A stretch of DNA of 38,114 nucleotides from Chlorokybus atmophyticus (Eukaryota > Plantae > Mesostigma and Chlorokybus algae), in contig RHPI01003642.1 of NCBI GenBank assembly GCA_009103225.1, forward strand, positions 1,333,432-1,371,545, read 5' to 3'. The position numbers were made by a program, and so were the translations under genes. Below, one piece after another: positions 34,768-38,114 of the stretch (positions are counted from its first letter, which is position 1; each line of letters opens with the position of its first letter). The notes under the pieces are model-generated. The model searched no databases. It worked only from the letters and a program-made list of their open reading frames with translations, and had not been told where the DNA came from.

Positions 34768-35774
34768 TGCTCCACGCCATTTTGCTCCATGGTGTTGACG
34801 CGACGATCACGGCGAGGGTTGCCATCCGGTGTTGGCCTTTGCGTGCTTCGTTTGGGGCATCCGTACGCCAAATGCTCCGTCGACCCACACGCATAACACT
34901 TGCGCACACCTTTACCTCTTTCACCACGTCCGCCGTGCTTCGCCTCACTTCCATGCGTGTGTATGGCACCCACCTCCATTGGTGCAGGCCCAGAGTCAGC
35001 TCCACCTCCATTGGCAAGTGCTGAACTTGGTTCTCCTCGTCTCCATGCATGTTGAAAGCCTCCCCGGGGCTGATCACCATGCCTTTGCCTCCAGTCAGTG
35101 TTTCTTGTGGTGGACTTGAAGTACAACGCGTCGAGACGCTCCGCGATGCGTATAGCCTCCGCGAGTGTCTTCGGGTCCCGTAGCTCCACTTCTTTACGCC
35201 CCAAAGGTTTTAAACCACGTGTATACCTGTCCAACTGCTCCTCCTCGGTCATATTGGGTATGGACATCACCAATCGCTGAAACGCGGCCGTGTACGCCAT
35301 CACCGACCCCATTTGCACAAGGGCTGCAAGTTTGTCGCGTGCGGCCTTCACGCTCTCAACGGGAACAAATTGATGCCTGACCTCCAGTGCCAACTCTTCC
35401 ATGGTGGTCAATGGTAGCGCCAACCCGTTTGCAACACGCGTACATCGATGCCTCCACCACACAAGTGCTGCACCTTCAAGCAATGTCGCTGCAACCTCCA
35501 CGTGCAGATGCGTGGGCACCTCCGTGAGCTTCAACCAAGACGATACTTGAAAAATCCATTCATCCACTGCATCTCCATCACGTTGACCCCTGAATGGCTT
35601 GGGCTTTGGCACCTTCACATGCACGCGCGAGCTTGATGCCATGGGAATTTGTACACGCGCCATCGCATGCTCATACGCCTCGCGTTGTGCTTGTGCCGCC
35701 GCTTGAGTGTGATGAAGCTCTTCCCTCAGTGCCAAGATGGCAGCTTGAAGCTCTTCCATGCGAGCATCCTCCAT
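34746..35774 (-). CDS. gag: Gag protein with CCHC zinc knuckle
   Basis: First ATG at 35774 (MEDARMEELQ). Retrotransposon gag core (KPKPFRG..W..LLEGAALVWW..ARDKL..Q..SV..Y..F..FTRGLK-like YTRGLK) and CYACGSTEHLAYGC. Confidence 0.95.
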   Translation of the reverse strand: MEDARMEELQAAILALREELHHTQAAAQAQREAYEHAMARVQIPMASSSRVHVKVPKPKPFRGQRDGDAVDEWIFQVSSWLKLTEVPTHLHVEVAATLLEGAALVWWRHRCTRVANGLALPLTTMEELALEVRHQFVPVESVKAARDKLAALVQMGSVMAYTAAFQRLVMSIPNMTEEEQLDRYTRGLKPLGRKEVELRDPKTLAEAIRIAERLDALYFKSTTRNTDWRQRHGDQPRGGFQHAWRRGEPSSALANGGGADSGPAPMEVGAIHTHGSEAKHGGRGERGKGVRKCYACGSTEHLAYGCPKRSTQRPTPDGNPRRDRRVNTMEQNGVEQENDFPQ

Positions 35775-35854
35775 CTCCACTAACACACTACACTCCGCTT
35801 CCGAATGAAAAGTGTAAACGCCCACACACTTCCTCTCTCACCTTCGTAAACCGT

Positions 35855-35866
35855 GCTCCGATACCA
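35855..35866 (-). promoter_or_regulatory. Primer-binding site, tRNA-iMet type (TGGTATCGGAGC)
   Basis: Lies 2 nt after the 5' LTR; one mismatch to the canonical plant TGGTATCAGAGC. Confidence 0.9.
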
Positions 35867-35868
35867 GT

Positions 35869-36540
35869 TGTGACGGTGCTCGTGCCTTGTCACCTGTGAG
35901 TTGGTCCAATCCACAACCCTCTCACCAAGACACGGTATTCACACCGGAACCTTGCCCCCTCTGCCAAGCACACACGCGCGCCCCGCCACTCGCGTACGCA
36001 CGCGCATGCGCTCGAAGCTACACACCGACTTGTGTAGCGCCTTGGATCGTCACACAAGCAAGCACACACCGGTGGGCACACGCTAGCAACCCCTGCTAAC
36101 CACCACCAAGCTTGCACACAAGAAACTAGGGAGCTAAAGGTTGTATTGCAAATTGTAGAATGTCACTTTTATACCTACCAGTCTGCACATGCTACTGTCT
36201 AGACGATTCTAGCGCTAGACGGAACTAGAAGCTAAGATATTCTTGCAGAATCTTGTAGTACACTTCTAGACCTTTTCAACGCACCAAAGATCTCCTAATT
36301 TGCTGCTCATATGGTCAAGTTATACTACTTGGCGCCAGGCCCTTCCAGAAATCTGGTCGAGCCCTTCTCGACTGGCCCTCCGTTTTCTGGCACCTTCCGT
36401 ACTGGTCTTGGGGCCCCGGTCGATATCCGCGGCAGACTCATAACTCGCCGATATCCGCCACAAGTCATTAAAAACATGTACCTTACAAATAAGGCCTAAA
36501 ACGGCCATGAAAATCACAGAATTTGGCCTTGACTGTTACA
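35869..36540 (-). repeat. 5' LTR with candidate TATA box (TATAAAA at 36173-36167)
   Basis: 672 bp with TG...CA ends. The TATA motif is present in both LTRs and reads TGTAAAA in the decayed copy at ~27773. Confidence 0.97.
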
Positions 36541-38114
36541 CTGACGGTGACCCGACGGCGGAGGAGGATGCGGTCCTCGCAGGTGCTGCAGGGCACGTGT
36601 AGTTGCATGCCCGTGCGAGCGTGCTGCGCTGTTGCGTAGCCCTGTGCTGGACGTTGTTGCTGTGACGTGTGAGCATAGGCATAGCCATGGACATGACCCG
36701 CACCCATGTACGTCTGTGATTAGTAAGTTTTCTGTAGTCAATCAAAGCGAAGCACTGGTGCAGTACGCGGTTCAATTCATAGACCAAGGCTGGTCGCGCC
36801 TACGGCGACCTACAATCACTGAAATACTGGTACGAGAAGGCACAGCCGCTGTTACCAATCTGGGTCCGTACACCAACATCGTCTGGGGAAGTCCAGTCAG
36901 CAAAGCGTAAGTTTGAAACTGCACCTATCCTATGCTGAAACCCCAGTCGCACGGAGGCACTGCTTGCGTCGTTCTTTGCTGGTAGCCGCAAGCTATTGGA
37001 GGCGGCGCCGGAGGCGGCGCTGCTGAGGCCGACCTATAGGTGGCTTGCCGTAAGTTATCTTTTGTAGTTGTTGGCAGTGGTTTTCCACCTGCTTCGGTTG
37101 CAACGGCTTCAGCTACCGCCGTTGTCGACACAATTACGGGTGTTTTTGTGGTGGTGGTGGTTGTGCTTGCTGCTGCTTCTCTTTCACAGCAGCACATTGT
37201 TCAACAGATCTGCGCTTATCCAGCCGCAGCGGTGCAGTAGTGGCGACCTGCCAGCTGCTACGCTTGCATTGAGGGTTGGTATAGGGTAGCCAAGGCTTGC
37301 TGGCATGCATGCAGTGCTGCAGCAGCAGACAAGCGGTTGCTGTAGTAATGCATGTGCTTACTGCAGGGTTGAGAGGCGGACTAGTAGCGTTGCATGTTGT
37401 TGCTGTGGTTAAGATTGCTCTGTTGCTGCTGGGGTTGCTATTGTGGTTGTTATTGTTTTGTTGCTGCGGGGGCCGCCTTGGTTGTCGGTAATGCATGTCT
37501 GTGTGTGTACGGAGACTACTGCTGGATGGACACTCACAAGCAGCACGTCACTAACTGTGGGCTGGACTACAACATGCCCATAGGCCAGTAAGTAGCAAGT
37601 GTAGTGTGGTAGTGCAGGTCAGTGTGCGCTTCTTTAGCAACGAAACTTGGTGCGATCAGCCATGCACAGTTTTGGTATGCTTGATAGATTGGGCTCTTGG
37701 TTTGCACTGTTGCATATAGCACATCCTTCAGTATGTAGCGTACTGGCGGTTCTCGGTTGCTGTTAAATTGTTTTTTGCATCAACTTTAGCATGCATGCTA
37801 TGCTGCAGGTGGAAGTCGGAACCATTTCACCTGGTGCTATTATGTGCATGACATGTATGTGCATACACATGCTCACTCATCTAACTCTTACAGAAATATT
37901 GCCAGCCCGCCACGACAAGACTGCCCTAGACGCTGCGCAAGGCCAGCAGCGCGATTGTGGTAATCCAGTGCTCCAGGGCGTTACCGTTGATGGCCATACT
38001 ACCCGCATGGGCTACTAGGCTAGTAGCCCGACTGCTGGTGCTCAGAGTGCGCGAATGAGCGCCACTACAATGAGATTCAACTACTGAACTGCAGGTGAGC
38101 GAAGGGGGGGAGGG

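Larger units (their letters stand above)
30492..36540 (-). mobile_element. Full-length Ty3/gypsy chromovirus LTR retrotransposon (6049 bp)
   Basis: Two 672-bp LTRs (TGTAAC...GTCACA), 5-bp TSD CTGAC (30487-30491 and 36541-36545), PBS, PPT, and uninterrupted gag and pol ORFs with a C-terminal chromodomain. Confidence 0.98.

Noticed and set aside
36632-38114. Possible exons near the right edge (minus 38088-37926 ending in a hydrophobic tail; Gln/Pro/Thr-rich minus ORFs) and the palindrome GGGCTACTAG-G-CTAGTAGCCC at 38009-38029
   Set aside because: Splice signals are ambiguous (CTGCAG|GTGAGC also reads as a plus-strand donor), there is no domain evidence, and the palindrome is isolated.

Overview
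Intron-rich eukaryotic nuclear DNA, most likely from a green alga. This is inferred from the plant-type aspartate carbamoyltransferase with a transit-peptide-like N-terminus, a starch synthase fragment, a Ser/Pro-rich wall-protein stalk and short CA/TG-rich introns. The left 24 kb holds five spliced genes that I reconstructed exon by exon. (1) A secreted protein with a Dictyostelium Sib-like N-terminal domain, Cys-rich modules and an extensin-like Ser-Pro stalk (minus, <1-2224). (2) An apparent two-domain glycosyltransferase, Fringe-like GT31 fused to GT77 (plus, ~6612-9862). (3) A membrane-anchored, degenerate P-loop GTPase-like protein (14500-17665). (4) A TBL/PC-esterase-type GDS...DxxH O-acyltransferase (minus, 19273-20984). 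(5) PYRB (21888-24313). An orphan, interrupted starch synthase exon lies next to an N gap at ~13.1-13.5 kb. From 26.0 to 36.6 kb there is a nest of retroelements: a decayed chromovirus remnant, a decayed relative of the intact element carrying an 871-bp solo-LTR-like insertion and a 69-bp GT..AG insertion, and an RLE-type non-LTR fragment. Inside that fragment sits an intact 6049-bp Ty3/gypsy chromovirus with 672-bp LTRs, a CTGAC target-site duplication, a tRNA-iMet-type PBS and a predicted -1 frameshift signal. Family assignments come from motif recognition by eye, not from database searches. Two N positions (13081, 17160) mark assembly joins.
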